Source: Catajapyx aquilonaris (lineage: Eukaryota). Taken from it: DNA of 47,228 bases. The first letter of the stretch is position 1, and each line of letters starts with the position of its first letter. Shown in pieces: positions 23,101 to 36,370 of the stretch. The translations under genes and the position numbers were made by a program. The stretch spans positions 1 through 47,228 of the forward strand of contig KZ538811.1 in the NCBI GenBank assembly GCA_000934665.2. The letters run 5' to 3'. The notes beneath the pieces are model-generated. The model was not told the origin of the DNA. It saw only the letters and a list, made by a program, of their open reading frames with translations, and did not search any database.

Positions 23101-23415
23101 TCCTCACCCCCCAATGGGAGCCTCCTTGGCGACTCCAAGAAAGTGGAGCTGGAGGTTGGGGAGAATATAGTGGGTGCCATCTTGGGTCCTGGTGGCAAGG
23201 CGCTAGTAGAGATCCAGCATCTGAGCGGGGCCAACATTCAAATATCGAAAAAGGGGACGTTTGCACCAGGAACTCGCAACAGAATCGTGTCGATTGCAGG
23301 ATCCCCAAATGCCATCGGTACAGCCCAGTATCTGATAGAGCAGCGGATCAGCGAGGAGGAGGCAAAGCGTGCCAGGCACAATGCATTGGGCCTGACAACG
23401 CAAATGCTTCCATGA
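17126..23415 (+). CDS. NOVA1: Nova/pasilla RNA-binding splicing regulator with 3 KH domains; exons 17126-17360, 18175-18473, 21700-21853, 22096-22398, 22505-23415 (633 aa)
   Basis: NLS DSRKRPL; KH1 [23 protein letters not shown]2 [35 protein letters not shown]3 [16 protein letters not shown]...[14 protein letters not shown]; all introns GT-AG and in phase. Symbol stands for the Nova/pasilla family, not a specific vertebrate paralogue. Confidence 0.95.
21160..21580 (+). mobile_element. Probable 5' fragment (UTR plus ORF start) of an RTE-like non-LTR retrotransposon in Nova intron 2
   Basis: GC-richer block in an AT-rich intron; 14-bp inverted repeat 21225-21238/21442-21455; ATG at 21455 leads to ...KLDIGTI, resembling the L-x-I-G-T-W-N start of AP-endonuclease domains. 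Confidence 0.4.
21887..22041. mobile_element. hAT-family MITE making up most of Nova intron 3
   Basis: TIRs CAGGGGGTTAGCAACTCCC / GGGAGTTGCTAACCCCTTG; perfect 8-bp TSD CCAGGAAC (21879-21886, 22042-22049); internal GGAACC repeats. Confidence 0.9.
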
Positions 23416-24213
23416 AATATTCCTGCCCCATCCCCCCGACCCAGCCCATCTACACACTATTCCCAGTTCGATATCCGACAATTTTTTGCTCACTAATATG
23501 GCTGCATACCTCTACCTGCGGCCTACTTCCAAATGTTCCCTCACTCCTTCACAATGATGGATGCACCTGCGTACGTGCCAAACTTAGTACTTTGATAATT
23601 AATCATGTACCAGGGCAATGGCTTCATACCTCAACTTCTCCCACCTTGCTCCAAGATGTTGTGTGTTTTATAAGTTGCATGTACATGTACATGCCATTTT
23701 GTTTAGAATTAATTCTTCATTTTCATCTATCCCTGGTGCCAATCTCACAGTCTCATCTTTTGATCAAGTGGTTCGTAAAATTCCCCCACAGTACATCACC
23801 TCGCATCTAATCTGTTTGTATTTTTTGACAGTGGGCCAGGACTAGTCTCCCCTCCCCATCCCCTTTTGCCCCCTTCCTTAACGAGCTTCTTCGAATTGTC
23901 TAGTCGGCAGCCGTCCGGTTTCTTTCTTCACTGCACTGCACACACGGTGCGTGTGACGTACCAAGTCGTACAGTGCTTTTTAAAAAAAGTAATGGATGGA
24001 CAGATGGAGGTGCCTAATATTGTTGGGTGCAAGGTTGCCAGGTGGTGGGAAGAAGTGTCACTCCTCACCCCCTGTATACATCACACGCTAGCATGTAAGA
24101 GAAAAATGAAAAAAGTTTATTACTTCGCACGTCCTTTTTACTTGTACAATGGTGCAGTGGAAATAAAAAGGCGTGTCCATGCATGCAAGAACAGGTTGTT
24201 TTCATTCGTTCTC

Positions 24214-25086
24214 TTAGTTGGTTGCTCGTAATTCAGCAGGGCAGTCTGGCTGACGCAGAGGGTGTGTCTCTTTGAAAGCAGGCTCAGACTCCAGTTGGTA
24301 GTATAGCTTGTTCAGTGTTGGGTATTGTGCCAGGTCAATCTTGAAGCGAAAGGCATTGTACACTTGCGGCACAAGGCAGCAGTCTGCCATGGAGACGACA
24401 TCACCAACGCAGTACTTCCCAGCGCATGCAGCCAGCAAGCGCTCGAGGGCTAGTAAGAAAGTGATTACAACATTGATTGTGAATAATTTAAACAGGTACA
24501 CTTGAAGATATGAGTTCAACAGTACCTTTAAATCCATGATTGATGTAGTGCTGAGCCCATTTGGTCCTCTCAGCTTCATCGTCAGGGTTGTAGCGCATTA
24601 TAACCCCCAAATTCTGCAATGGCTGAATTCCAGAGGCAATGCAGTCGCAGATCTCCCTGACTTTGGCCCTCTGCCAAGCATCCTTGGGCAGCAGGGCCAC
24701 CCCTGAGCCACCTGCACCACTCTTCCTGGTCTCCTCCACATATTCAATGATGCTGAGGGACTGCGTGAGTGTCAGACCATCAATGAGAAGTGCTGGGACC
24801 TGCCCCATAGGGTTGACCCTTAAGAACTCTGGACTAAGCTGGTCCTTGCGCAGTAGGTGCACTGGACGCACTTCATAGTCCATGCCCTTCAGGTGCATCG
24901 CTGCGGAGAAACCACAAAATGAGAGCCAGTCTTCGATTGACTTTCAAATTAACCTTACCAATCCGCACCCTCCATGCGCAGGAGCTTCGAAAGTAAGAGT
25001 ACAGAATGGGCTGAAAGAACATGTCATTGAACATAGTGTCAACTGTGTTATTATATGAACAATAATATTACCTTTGCACTGGACAT
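24214..25086 (-). CDS. GSTZ1: Glutathione S-transferase zeta / maleylacetoacetate isomerase; exons 25086-25072, 25010-24959, 24900-24526, 24449-24214 (225 aa)
   Basis: PILYSYFRSSCAWRVRIA zeta signature, NPMGQVPAL, IASGIQPLQN, SMADCCLVPQVYNA, HPLRQPDCP. Confidence 0.96.
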
Positions 25087-25603
25087 GTTTGAAGTGCTGT
25101 GTTGGCAGTGGAGGTCGGGATCTGCCTGTGTCGAGGTGGGGGTCAGGGAGGCGCGGATGGGGCTTCCCGAATGCTAATCTCCTCCCTGGTGCATCGTGAT
25201 GACCCCTCGGCCTTGGCCTTCCAACCACCAGTTGATGCCAGGTCTTGATCAAATCAAGCCAAGACAGATCTCGAGTCCTTCAAACCCCCCGCGGTGTCGG
25301 CAGATGGAGCGACCAATCAGAGGCAGAGACAAGGATTTCTCAGTGGGACGGCAGGTGGCGCGACATGTGACATACCCTTTTGGATGGGTGGTGTCGCGTG
25401 CGGGGCGTTTGAAGGGTGCTATTGGGGTCCAGGATATAACCGGTCATAAACCAGTTGCAGTAATTAGTTTATGGCTCGGGCATTATGACGGGAATGTGTA
25501 GCAGTGTAGGGAGCCTGAACGCAATGTTCAGGCTCATTCAAAATGCCAATTCATTGTATCATTGCGATAGGTTCCCTGGACCACCCCGATTCAGAACTTA
25601 TTC

Positions 25604-26119
<516 letters not shown>

Positions 26120-26851
26120 TTCAAGACACTTCGTCAAATCACCTACTCGATATCTTCTGCCGATATGTTATCATCGTACTATAACATGGGACAACAGCAA
26201 TTCCACTAATCAGTTTAAGCTCCGTATCTTCAGATATTTCCGAATAAGCCAGAACCCTTTACCCAGTGCCCATTGTTGTGCAGTCGAAGAATTCTCAAAT
26301 AGTGCATGCTATATACGTAGTACACAGTGATTGATCTCTTGTATTACCTACCGTGAATTCCCTCTCCTTCAGATCATGACAAATGTTCGTACCTATGTCA
26401 TATCGGGGACGAGTACGACAGCTGTTCAATAAATAAAGGTACCCCCATGCATATTCAGCACCGATACCAGCATGTGATCACGTGAATGTTCGGGCTAGAG
26501 GGGCAAAGGAGGACGAGGACATTCAAAATTCCTCAAGAGATTCTTGTTGTAGGTCAACAGAATCTCCACCATTTTTGTGGTATAACGTAGTTGACCACAC
26601 TGCATAACTATCTTCCCCATTAGCCGCAGTAAAATAACAGATAGGCATGTTCATATGTAGATAGACATGAGGTGGTATGCATGGGGGGGGGGGGGGAANG
26701 GGGGGGGAACTGGGGGAGAGTTGAGTAACAGGGGGGTGAGGGGAGTGCTTGGGAGGGTGGGGGAAAGAGGGAAAAGGTGAAAGTAGCCAAAGAACTGGCA
26801 GTAGAGAAGTTGGTTCGGTTCAGTTTCCATGGATTACTGAGTACCATCATC

Positions 26852-29800
26852 ATGAGGGTGCTTGTACCTCCGCGACTTCTTCTGGCCCTGCACAGGGCCT
26901 CCTTCTCCACCACTGCTTCGTCGTTGTCTCCTTCGCCCACCCAGGTCCGCGACAAGTCCTTTCCATCGGTGAAGACCCAACATGACCAGTGCCATCTTCC
27001 ACCGGTCAGCAGCCTTCTTACAGCGGATGAGGCTGCCCAAATGGCTGCTGGGAATCCACAGTTGGAACCATTCACTACCTCTTACCACGACCTACATCGG
27101 TTCAGCATCCAGCAGGTACATTATATAAACCCACTATTTGCTGATACAGGTGATTTGACGTTCGCATCAAGGATGGTAGCATAATAAAAAAAAGCAGTCA
27201 TGTACGTATGCTGCATTGTATGTCAACAGGTGATGTTTCAAGGACAAGACTGCTATAAAAACATTCCATTGGGCCCAAGGCAACTATTTTCCCACCTCGT
27301 TAAATATAGAGTGTGAACTGGTCTTAGCTTGTTGTTCAATATTGATGTCTGGAGGTTAGACAAATAGCTAAGCTTGATGGCAAATGTGGTTCATTTTTAC
27401 CGCATTTACCAGCTGACGTTCACGTGCGGCAGTAAATTCCTCGATTCACATACAGTACATGGGAGGAGTGAATAATTCACGTCAGATTTCCGTGAATCGA
27501 TGAAGGATGGACAACTTGCGTGCAACTAACCTATGGCCACAAACGGCCTTCAAAAAAAAGTCAATGTCAATGTCGTGTGTATGCGTTTTGTAACTGTTCC
27601 GGTACCTATCTATAGTACGAAAGAGCTGTCAATTAGCGATCACTATTGTTATCACATGTCCCTCAATCTATCTTCTACTGTTTTATCTGCTGGCTCTTCC
27701 CACAAAATACACGTTGATATAACTTGAATATTGGCGCAGGTTGTGAACCAGCACGTCTTGACATTGCGTAATTATTTTGCGCAGTCGCCGGCATCCTTTT
27801 TTTGCACCAAGTGCTTCAGAAATACACTCTCGTGCATGACGACAGACTAGGAATTTCAAACCACTTCCTTGCTTGTCATTACTTCTAGTTAGGCGTAATG
27901 GCTCGTGTAATTGCAAGGCGGCGAATAACTTGAAGAATAAACTAATGTGGGCAATGAATGACTCGTTGACATTTCAGCCTGACAAGTTCTGGGGTACTTT
28001 GGCTCGTAGTCGCCTGTCATGGATGCAGCCATGTCACACCATATCAGCCTGCGACATGAAGGAGGCTCGAATAGCTTGGTTTCTTGGTGGAAAGATCAAC
28101 GTCACAGGTAACCACAAATATGACTCATATTTTGGGGGAAATCGCGTCGTGTAATAAAAATTCGTATATATATGAGCAATATGTTGCACGGTTTATTGCA
28201 CAGGTCGACAGCTGCTACTGTCCTAATTTCTTGGTTAAAAATATCAGTGCGCGTATGTTGGAGCTACCCTTATTGACAGTCAGAAGGTCGCTGATTACCC
28301 CCAGGAAATGATAGTGTCAACAATATGATTCGGGTTTCCTGTGAAATCTGTAGACAAAGGAGATAACTGGATGAGTAACAAGTAGACATATCAGTGGGCG
28401 TAGTTCCTGACCTATTTTCAAATTGTCGTAAATAAAGACCAAAAATACACGTCCTATTTGAAGGTCACCATGTGTCAAGCTGAGTTGGTTCAATTTGGCT
28501 ACGATCGGTCCCGGTTCCAAGAATATTCGAAGGTGTTAGCTCCAGATTTAGGAATGAGTTTGATGGGAATCTTGAAGGGCAAAGTGCAGAGAGTTAATCT
28601 CGTAATCATCTTTTTCAGAAAATTGTGTGGATCGTCATTTGAGGACAAACCCGGAAAAAGTTGCCTTGATATGGGAAAAGGATGAACCAGGACAAGAAGT
28701 ACGAGTTACATACAGGTTGGATTCATTGTTTATTGTACCACTTTCGCAATACTATTGCAATTGCTGCAAGTACAGCCATCATGAAACATGCGAGAGTTCA
28801 CGTCCTAAATGGGTCTAGTACTATCTTATGAAATGTGTGAACTATGAAGATGTTATGCTAGGACAGGAAGATGTCAGCCAAGTCTGAGTTAGACCAACGA
28901 AGGCCGACTCTTGTTTTTGTTTTTTGCTCTATCGTACAGGGCGAAAAAAAATCGTTTGGCCCTCAGTACAGGACATTTGGTGGTATGCCAGATCCAAAAG
29001 CAACGTTGTTGTTGGTGTGACCACTTGACTTTCCTTATAGGCGACAGCGCGAACCTTAGAATTATTTACGAATTTGTTTGCTACCTGTGTTCTAAGGAGC
29101 TCGTACCATTTTGTCAGTGACCTCTCCTAGCTAAAAATAGCAGTGGATCACAAAAATATTGCACCCACAGGTTGAGCTACTTAGAGCCGCATCTTCACAA
29201 AGAAAGAGGCATAACAACATGAAATTAACGAAACTGACTAATATTTATGTGGTATTTTGAAAAAGAGCTGTCATTATCCAAGTTTATCGACGTACTGTAC
29301 ATGGATAGGTTAAAGAACTATTGGGTGGAATTTTCGTCCCACTGATAGTCACTGCTAACTTAGCAGTACCACTGTTGGCAAGGTTCTGATAAGTTAGCAG
29401 TGACTATCAGTGAGACGAAAATTCCACTCAATGTCTCGTCTATTCTTGAACCAAATACGACAAGAACAATCAACTTGTACTACATACATGTCTATATACT
29501 TGCTCTGATCTGAAAATATTGGGACACCCCCAAAAAATGGAGTGGTGGGGTTATACACAGGATGTGATAAAAAGTTTAGAAGGTGTACATAGTATAAGCC
29601 TGTGTGCCATGTACACCAGTTCAGACATTGGATTTCGTGTCGTGACTAGATTTTGGATTTTTAGTTCCAAACTTCGAAGATCATACTGTACAGTGTAGTA
29701 TGATTAACGAAACTCTAGTTCCAAACTACAACAGCTGACAGACACCTCTGCAACCCCTCCCCCATTTCCCCAAACAATGTACACTAAAAGTTGATATCGT

Positions 29801-32428
29801 AATCTACTTTTGGAAGGGAAGAATAAGAATTATGCTAATAAAATAACAGAAAGTGGGACGTAACTTCAGATTTGACTCTTGCAATAACAGCCTTTTTGAT
29901 TGACTTGTATTACAATGCTGTATATTGCAGGTATGGTATTTTTCTTGCAGACAACTCCATGACATGATGAACCAAGTGGCCAACATCCTCCGTGAGGTGG
30001 GAGTGACAAAGGGGAGCAGGGTTGGAATCTACATGACAGCCAGTCCCATGGCAGTAGCCAGCATGCTTGCCTGTGCCAGACTGGGGGCCATTCACACTGT
30101 TGTATTTGCTGGGTTCAGTGCAGAGGCTCTGGCTGCCAGAATGAGGGATGCTGGAGCCACTGTCCTGATCACAAATGGCCAGGGGAAAAGGGGTGGCCGT
30201 TCCCTGAACCTGGCAGAAATTGTGGAGAAAGCACTGCCAGCCTGCCCCACGGTGCGCACTGTCCTTGTCTCAGCGGAGTCCGCATCTGCTATACCAGCAA
30301 AAACGAGTGCTGCTAAGATGCTGTACCTGGAACGTGAGATGGAGAACCTAGGCTCCAACGGGCGTGAATGTGCTCCTGTACCCATGGACAGTGAAGATCC
30401 ACTCTTCCTCCTCTACACATCTGGAAGCACTGGGGTACCAAAGGGACTAGTGCACACGCAGGCTGGATATCTTCTGTATGCCGCTGTCACTCACAAGGTA
30501 CAGGTTATTTTCCATACAAGTTGTAAGGCTACAGAAGCAATTTTCCCTAGTTCAAAAATAACTTGTATTGTAGCATGTGTTTGACCTACGTGAGGGAGAT
30601 GTGTTTGGCTGTGTGGCAGATATTGGCTGGATTACGGGACATAGCTACGTGGTTTATGGACCATTGGCTAATGGATGTACCACCCTGCTATTCGAGAGTA
30701 TACCAACTTATCCAAACCCAGGAAGGTACTGGGAAATGGTGCAAAGGCTGAGGTTGACACATCTCTATGCATCCCCTACTGCCATCCGCCTTCTGCTGCG
30801 GTACGGAGATGACTGGGTGCGGAGATATGACCGCTCATCTCTGCGAGTGCTAGCATCTGTTGGAGAACCCATCAACAATGATGCTTGGCATTGGTACCAT
30901 GACCTGGTTGGGGATGGTCAATGTGATCTCATTGACACCTGGTGGCAGACAGGTATGCATATGATACCAGAGCTGTTAATTCTATGTGTTGGCACACACT
31001 TGATATCATTAATTATATTGCTTGTTCCCCTATCATCAGAGACTGGAGGTGTGTGCATAGCTCCTCGGCCATCGGAACCAAATGCAGAAATTTATCCATC
31101 CATGGCTATGCGACCCTTTTATGGCATAAAACCTGCACTTATGGATTTTGAAGTAGGAATATTAACTCAGACAACCAGTCTGTAACTAATTGAACCAATT
31201 TCAGGGAAAAGAGATGCCAGTGACCAATGGGAAGAGTGTGTCTGGTGCATTGTGCTTCAAGAACCCTTGGCCTGGAATGGCTCGCTCTGTATGGGGATCA
31301 CAACAACGCTACCATGAGACATACTTTGAACAATTCCCAGGATATTTTTTTTCTGGAGATGGGGCTACCAGGTAAGTCTTGTTGACTGATTAATCAGAGC
31401 TGCATCAAGTTTGCTGGGAGAGGTAGCAAAATCTGGTTCCATATAATTATGCTAAATGTCATGTTTCTGCGAAAGGTATGGAATTGAGCAATACTGCTCT
31501 AAAATAAATCATTTTATCCACTTTACTATTACAAGAGGGCAGAGATTAATGCTATGAAGACACCATGATATGCCTGAAACATATCATCAACAGAGCCATA
31601 TCATATTGTACAGTTTCAGTGATACTGTATCATTGGTAAACAATGATGTCACAATGAACAAAGTCATTTCTTGAGATTAATTACCCTTGTAATGAGGTGG
31701 TTAAGTGTAATTATGTCTCAGATGGAATGTTAATTACCTTGTTTATGTACAGGACGTCTGATGGTTACTACCAGATTACTGGCCGCATGGATGATGTTAT
31801 TAATGTTACTGGTCATCGACTGGGCACTGCTGAAGTGGAAGATGCAATGGTATGGAAACATGCCGTTGTTGAAATGAGTTAACTTACAGCCTTGAAAACA
31901 AATGTATATTGTTATGTAGGATGACCATCCATTGGTGTCTGAGGCTGCAGTGGTAGGCTTTCCTCACGATGTGAAAGGAGAGGCAGTGTATGCATATGTG
32001 GTTTTGAAGGAGAATGTTTCCCAACCCATCAAAGACATTGTTGCTGATCTAAAATCATTGGTTAAGTCCAAGATTGCAGGCTATGCTGTACCGGAAGTCA
32101 TACAGGTAAGCAATCAAAAATCCCACATTAACAAATATGTTGTAATATATAGCTGGGGTAAAATCTTTACTGATGGTTACACCAAAAGTATGTAGTTATG
32201 ATATTAACATAGGGTATCATCCAATTTCATAAAAACTCATTGTGAAAATTTTTGCAGGTATGTCCAGGGTTGCCACGTACTCGTTCTGGTAAGATCATGC
32301 GTCGCATTCTGCGCAAGGTAGCAGCAAACAACTGCGCAGACCTTGGTGATACATCCACACTTGCTGACCCTTCTGTTGTTCCAATCATAGTTGAAACACA
32401 CAACCGCCTCATCAGTAAAAAAAAGTGA
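26852..32428 (+). CDS. ACSS1: Acetyl-CoA synthetase, mitochondrial type; exons 26852-27115, 27978-28107, 28619-28715, 29951-30497, 30574-30952, 31040-31152, 31205-31371, 31753-31849, 31920-32105, 32258-32428 (716 aa)
   Basis: Presequence-like [93 protein letters not shown]1-type [11 protein letters not shown] and [10 protein letters not shown]; ten exons sum to 2151 nt in frame. Confidence 0.92.
29320..29432. repeat. Near-perfect hairpin / foldback MITE remnant in ACSS1 intron 3
   Basis: ATTGGGTGGAATTTTCGTCCCACTGATAGTCACTGCTAACTTA pairs with TAAGTTAGCAGTGACTATCAGTGAGACGAAAATTCCACTCAAT. Confidence 0.85.
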
Positions 32429-33838
32429 TCTTGCATGACCAATCACAGATCATGATATCAAACCCAACGGCTACATGATTTTGTAATCGTCATCCCAAGT
32501 GGCCATTATGCGGATCTCTTCCACTCTGTACCTGTCATTCTGTTCAATATACTGTTATGCACCGCTCAATTCCCACTTTATATGTTCTCCCCTAGTCACC
32601 TGTGGGAGATGGTATACCTTAATCAAGGGTTGGGCAGAAGAGTGTATTAGTAATTTACATTTTGCCTGCGGGACCAGTTTTCAAGTAATTGAAACACTTG
32701 AATTGTTCACTTCTAAGTCATACTGTCAAGGGTATCATATCCCTAACAGACAATCTGTCCTGTGTAGCCACCTTTAATGATAAATATTCGACTTACTCCA
32801 GGCATCTAGATACAACATATCACAATATCTGTTTAGAAGATTGAAGAACTCGTGATTGATATGGTACTCTAGTATGTCCCACTATTCCTAATAATTTGAA
32901 TGTGACTGCAAGGTATACCAGATTACCAGGGTAAGATCAAGGTGCCAGTTTTTGTTAATTTTTTATAATATCAGTAGGACACACATATTCAGTATTAGAG
33001 GAGTGAAGGTACAGGATGTTTTTTTTTTTTTAAAAAAAAGCAATTTTGCATGTAAAGATCCCTGAAAGACATTCCCAAGTTCTGGTCTGCCTTTAACCCT
33101 CATGCAGTGCAGTCAGTCAATCTACCAACCAAATCTGGCAAAAACTTCAACTTGTGTAACCTTAAATTTAAAAAACAACAACAGTACATCATTGCCAGCA
33201 GTTCACGTTATGGAGAATTTTAAGCTATAGATATGTGACTCTGGGAAGCTTAATTCCTGTGACTTCTGACCAACCAACGCCATTTTCTTCGATTAATTGG
33301 AGAATGTCAACTTGTACTGTAGGTTTCAGAAGTTCTACTGCATCTGAAAATTTTCAGGAATAAAACTTGGTGTGAATAACAGGAGAAACTACAGTATGGT
33401 CTATCTCAACATACCTATGTCATTGGTTGTGGAACTGATGTACAGTACAGTCAGCCCTTATTATACCTGAGCCCCAATCAGGATGAGTCGCTGATGCATG
33501 CCGAAACCTATAGATAGCCAGATAGCCTATTGCTTTGGTTCCTTCCCATTCAAACAATCCCCCAACTGCATTTCAGCAGACTATCATACCTATGCATGTG
33601 CAAGAATGAGCAGGGAGGCCACCTGCCTGCTGGGATCTGCATAGGACATGTGCATAAGGCCCTGACGTATAGTGAAGAAACTCTGCTTATAAAAATATTT
33701 ACGGGCCTGGTAAAACGGGGAAGTTAATAAAATGTGTACAGAATGTCTGTAATAAATACACAAATTGTAACTGAAGGTGTTTACTCAACTATACTTGGGT
33801 GGGATCCCATACATTATGTACAAAATGCACCTGGCTTC

Positions 33839-34708
33839 CTAATCAGGGATGTTGTCCAAGCCCTGAAAGTAAAAGTAAGTGAATTACTTTCTATTCAGAA
33901 TAAGTGTTTATATCACAATATTCAGCTCATTTTCAGTAGAGCCCATGTCTGGTTCTTTTCATCCCATTTAATACCCATTTCCTCCATGTTGCTGTTAGTT
34001 ATCAAACCCAGAGAATGGAAGTGTTGTGTGCTGCCATCCTTGCCTATCAGTACACCATATTGTTTTGTCTTGAAGAGACGTTAATTCCAGATCAATCGTT
34101 TCCTGCAAATGCTACTGTACCTTGGTACTACCACCTGCTATTACAAATACGACTCTGTCAGGAAGTCATAGCAAGAAGTGCAAGAAACAGTCTCACTTTG
34201 AATTCCAACATTTCGAGACATCAAAATATCCCAACAAAAAAACCTAAAATGCCCAACATCTTTCTACCTCTCTAACTAAAGCAAATGTCACTTAAAACAC
34301 ACACATCACATGCCTTGTGCATGTGTCAGGGTGCCTGGCCCTTCAAATTTCTTTAAGAATAGGTCATATAAGTTCGCAGCAGCGAATATCATATTTCCGT
34401 CTGCAACAGTACCAACCTTGGGTTGGTACACATTGAAGTTGGTGATTCTCTCATCCCTGAGGTACATCCTGCGCTGGTCTTTGTTCTTCAGGGACCGCTG
34501 GTACGTCTGCAAGTGGCTCAGTCAGTTAGTCATTCGAGGAACATCTCTCGGCTGCCAAATGCAGAGCCAGAGAATCCCTGCGACCATACACTGCAGCAGA
34601 AATACTCACATTCCCTAGGAAGAACTTGTGCGAGTAGTGGCCGACGAGCGCTGGCACCGCCAAGACGCCCATGATGATGCCGAAGGTAGGCAAAATCTCG
34701 TACCACAT
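33839..34708 (-). CDS. NDUFA1: NADH dehydrogenase 1 alpha subcomplex subunit 1 (MWFE); exons 34708-34610, 34506-34417, 33862-33839 (70 aa)
   Basis: MWYEILP N-terminus, a TM helix, MYLRDERIT, C-terminal KGLDNIPD; phase-0 GT-AG introns. Confidence 0.95.
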
Positions 34709-35109
34709 CCTGCCTCTCCTCTGCGCCCGACCCAAGGGCAGAAAGTGGTGAAGGAAAAGACTACTCTCGGTTCCCAGTCAGTCGAACGAGTATTTTCGGC
34801 GGACGAAAGATTTTCAGCTGGCTGCTAGGCCTACTAGTGTCTCCAGAATCAGAAGATATCATCGCGAATCAACAAACTTTATATAAATGGAAGGGTTATA
34901 TTTAAAACTCCAGTGTAGGTGGCACACTCTCTTTTTAATTGCTAATAATTAAGCATCAAGGACACATGATCACCTGGTAACGCTGGGGAAGATGGCGCTT
35001 ATGGCGGCACTTTTGATTGATTCTTCTTATTAGCTTGACTTGGCAGCGTTTGGACGATCTTGAACCTTTTCACCTGCTTCCATCAGTGGCAGTGCTCTGA
35101 TTAATTACA

Positions 35110-35300
35110 CAAGGGTTGAAAAACGCACCTAAAGTGACCTGCTCAAAATGACCCGGTGACCCCTTTTTGAGGGGCAGAGGTCAACTCTTAAATGCCGAAA
35201 ACTCACCTATTTTCTTGAAATTCGGTGCATTGGTAGTCCCCAAAAAGGGATCACCGGGTCATTTTGAGCAGGTCACTTTAGGTGCGTTTTTCATCCCTTG
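35110..35300. mobile_element. MITE with ~55-bp TIRs
   Basis: CAAGGGTTGAAAAACGCACCTAAAGTGACCTGCTCAAAATGACCCGGTGA... and its reverse complement ending at 35300; no TSD recognised. Confidence 0.85.
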
Positions 35301-35515
35301 GGCTGGCCTACCAATGTACCGAATTTCAAGAAAATCAGTGAGACCTTCGAAAGTGTCCCTTGTGGGTTCGAGAGGTCATTACTTTTGACCTTGTGGGCAT
35401 TCACCTAAATTGTTTTCATTTTCTTTAATAACTTACCTGCCTATATTATTGTGCCAAGTTTCATTCAGCAACTCCACGGACAACACTTACACTTCCCTTG
35501 TGAGATATACGAGTA

Positions 35516-35996
35516 CCGTATTTACTCGCATATAAGACGCACTTTTTTCCGATTTTTGTAGCTCAAAAAGTAGGGTGCGTCTTATACGCGTGTGCGTCTT
35601 ATACGGCAGGGCACAACGGGTGAAACCCGTGAGAAATCGTGAAAATCGTTTATTGAAAAATTTAAAAACATCGCACATTCGAATCAGTCATCGTCGCTCT
35701 CCTCGGCCGTCCACACACGTGCACAATTCCGGTGTGACCTTGCCACCTATACGTTTCAGATGCGTAGCATTGTCCCATTTTCCACTTGCCCCCCCTTTTT
35801 ACTGGATTCTAATGGATTCCACACGCACATGCATTGCACATGAGGTTGCTGCCGGCAGCTCGAGGCCAGTTCCCAAACTACGGCAATAAATCTGGGTGCG
35901 TCTTATATGAGTCAACAACCGATTTTCCACGATTTTTCGCCTCAAAACCGGGGTGCGTCTTATACGCGTGTGCGTCTTATATGCGAGTAAATACGG
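35516..35996. mobile_element. Tc1/mariner-pogo superfamily MITE
   Basis: Perfect TIR CCGTATTTACTCGCATATAAGACGCAC / GTGCGTCTTATATGCGAGTAAATACGG, TA TSD, internal GGGTGCGTCTTATA repeats. Confidence 0.92.
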
Positions 35997-36000
35997 TACA

Positions 36001-36092
36001 TATGAAAGGGCAAGCCTTTCTCTAATTTTATATTCACCACACTCCACACACTTTGGTATGTCTACAATTAGAGAAAGGCTTGTCCTTTCATA
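36001..36092. repeat. Short foldback element (~92 bp)
   Basis: TATGAAAGGGCAAGCCTTTCTCTAATT / AATTAGAGAAAGGCTTGTCCTTTCATA inverted repeat. Confidence 0.75.
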
Positions 36093-36096
36093 CATA

Positions 36097-36370
36097 CAGG
36101 GTGTTAATCCTAAGCGTGTCACCAGAAAAGGTGGTGGTAGAGGGCGCAGGTGTGATCATTTTTGTATAAGGAACTAGGGGTCGGGAACACACCCTCACCG
36201 AGTTACACCCCTTTCAAGTTTGCAGCAGGCATGTGCACGACGCGTGCGGCACGTGGCGGAGTGACTCGATGAGGGTGCGTTTCTGACCCCTAGTTCTTTA
36301 TGCAAAATTGCTCACACCTACGCCCTCTCCCACCACCTTTTCTGGTGACATGCTTAGGAGGAACACCCTG
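36097..36370. mobile_element. Tc1/mariner-type MITE
   Basis: TIR CAGGGTGTTAATCCTAAGCGTGTCACCAGAAAAGGTGGTGG / CCACCACCTTTTCTGGTGACATGCTTAGGAGGAACACCCTG; TA TSD. Confidence 0.9.

Noticed and set aside
23001..23810. 269-aa alternative-frame ORF overlapping the last Nova exon
   Set aside because: Non-ATG start, no domain, runs into the 3'UTR; a shadow ORF
33485..33520. CTGATG...CGAAAC hammerhead-like core
   Set aside because: Lacks the invariant CUGANGA and a stem II; at best a decayed relic
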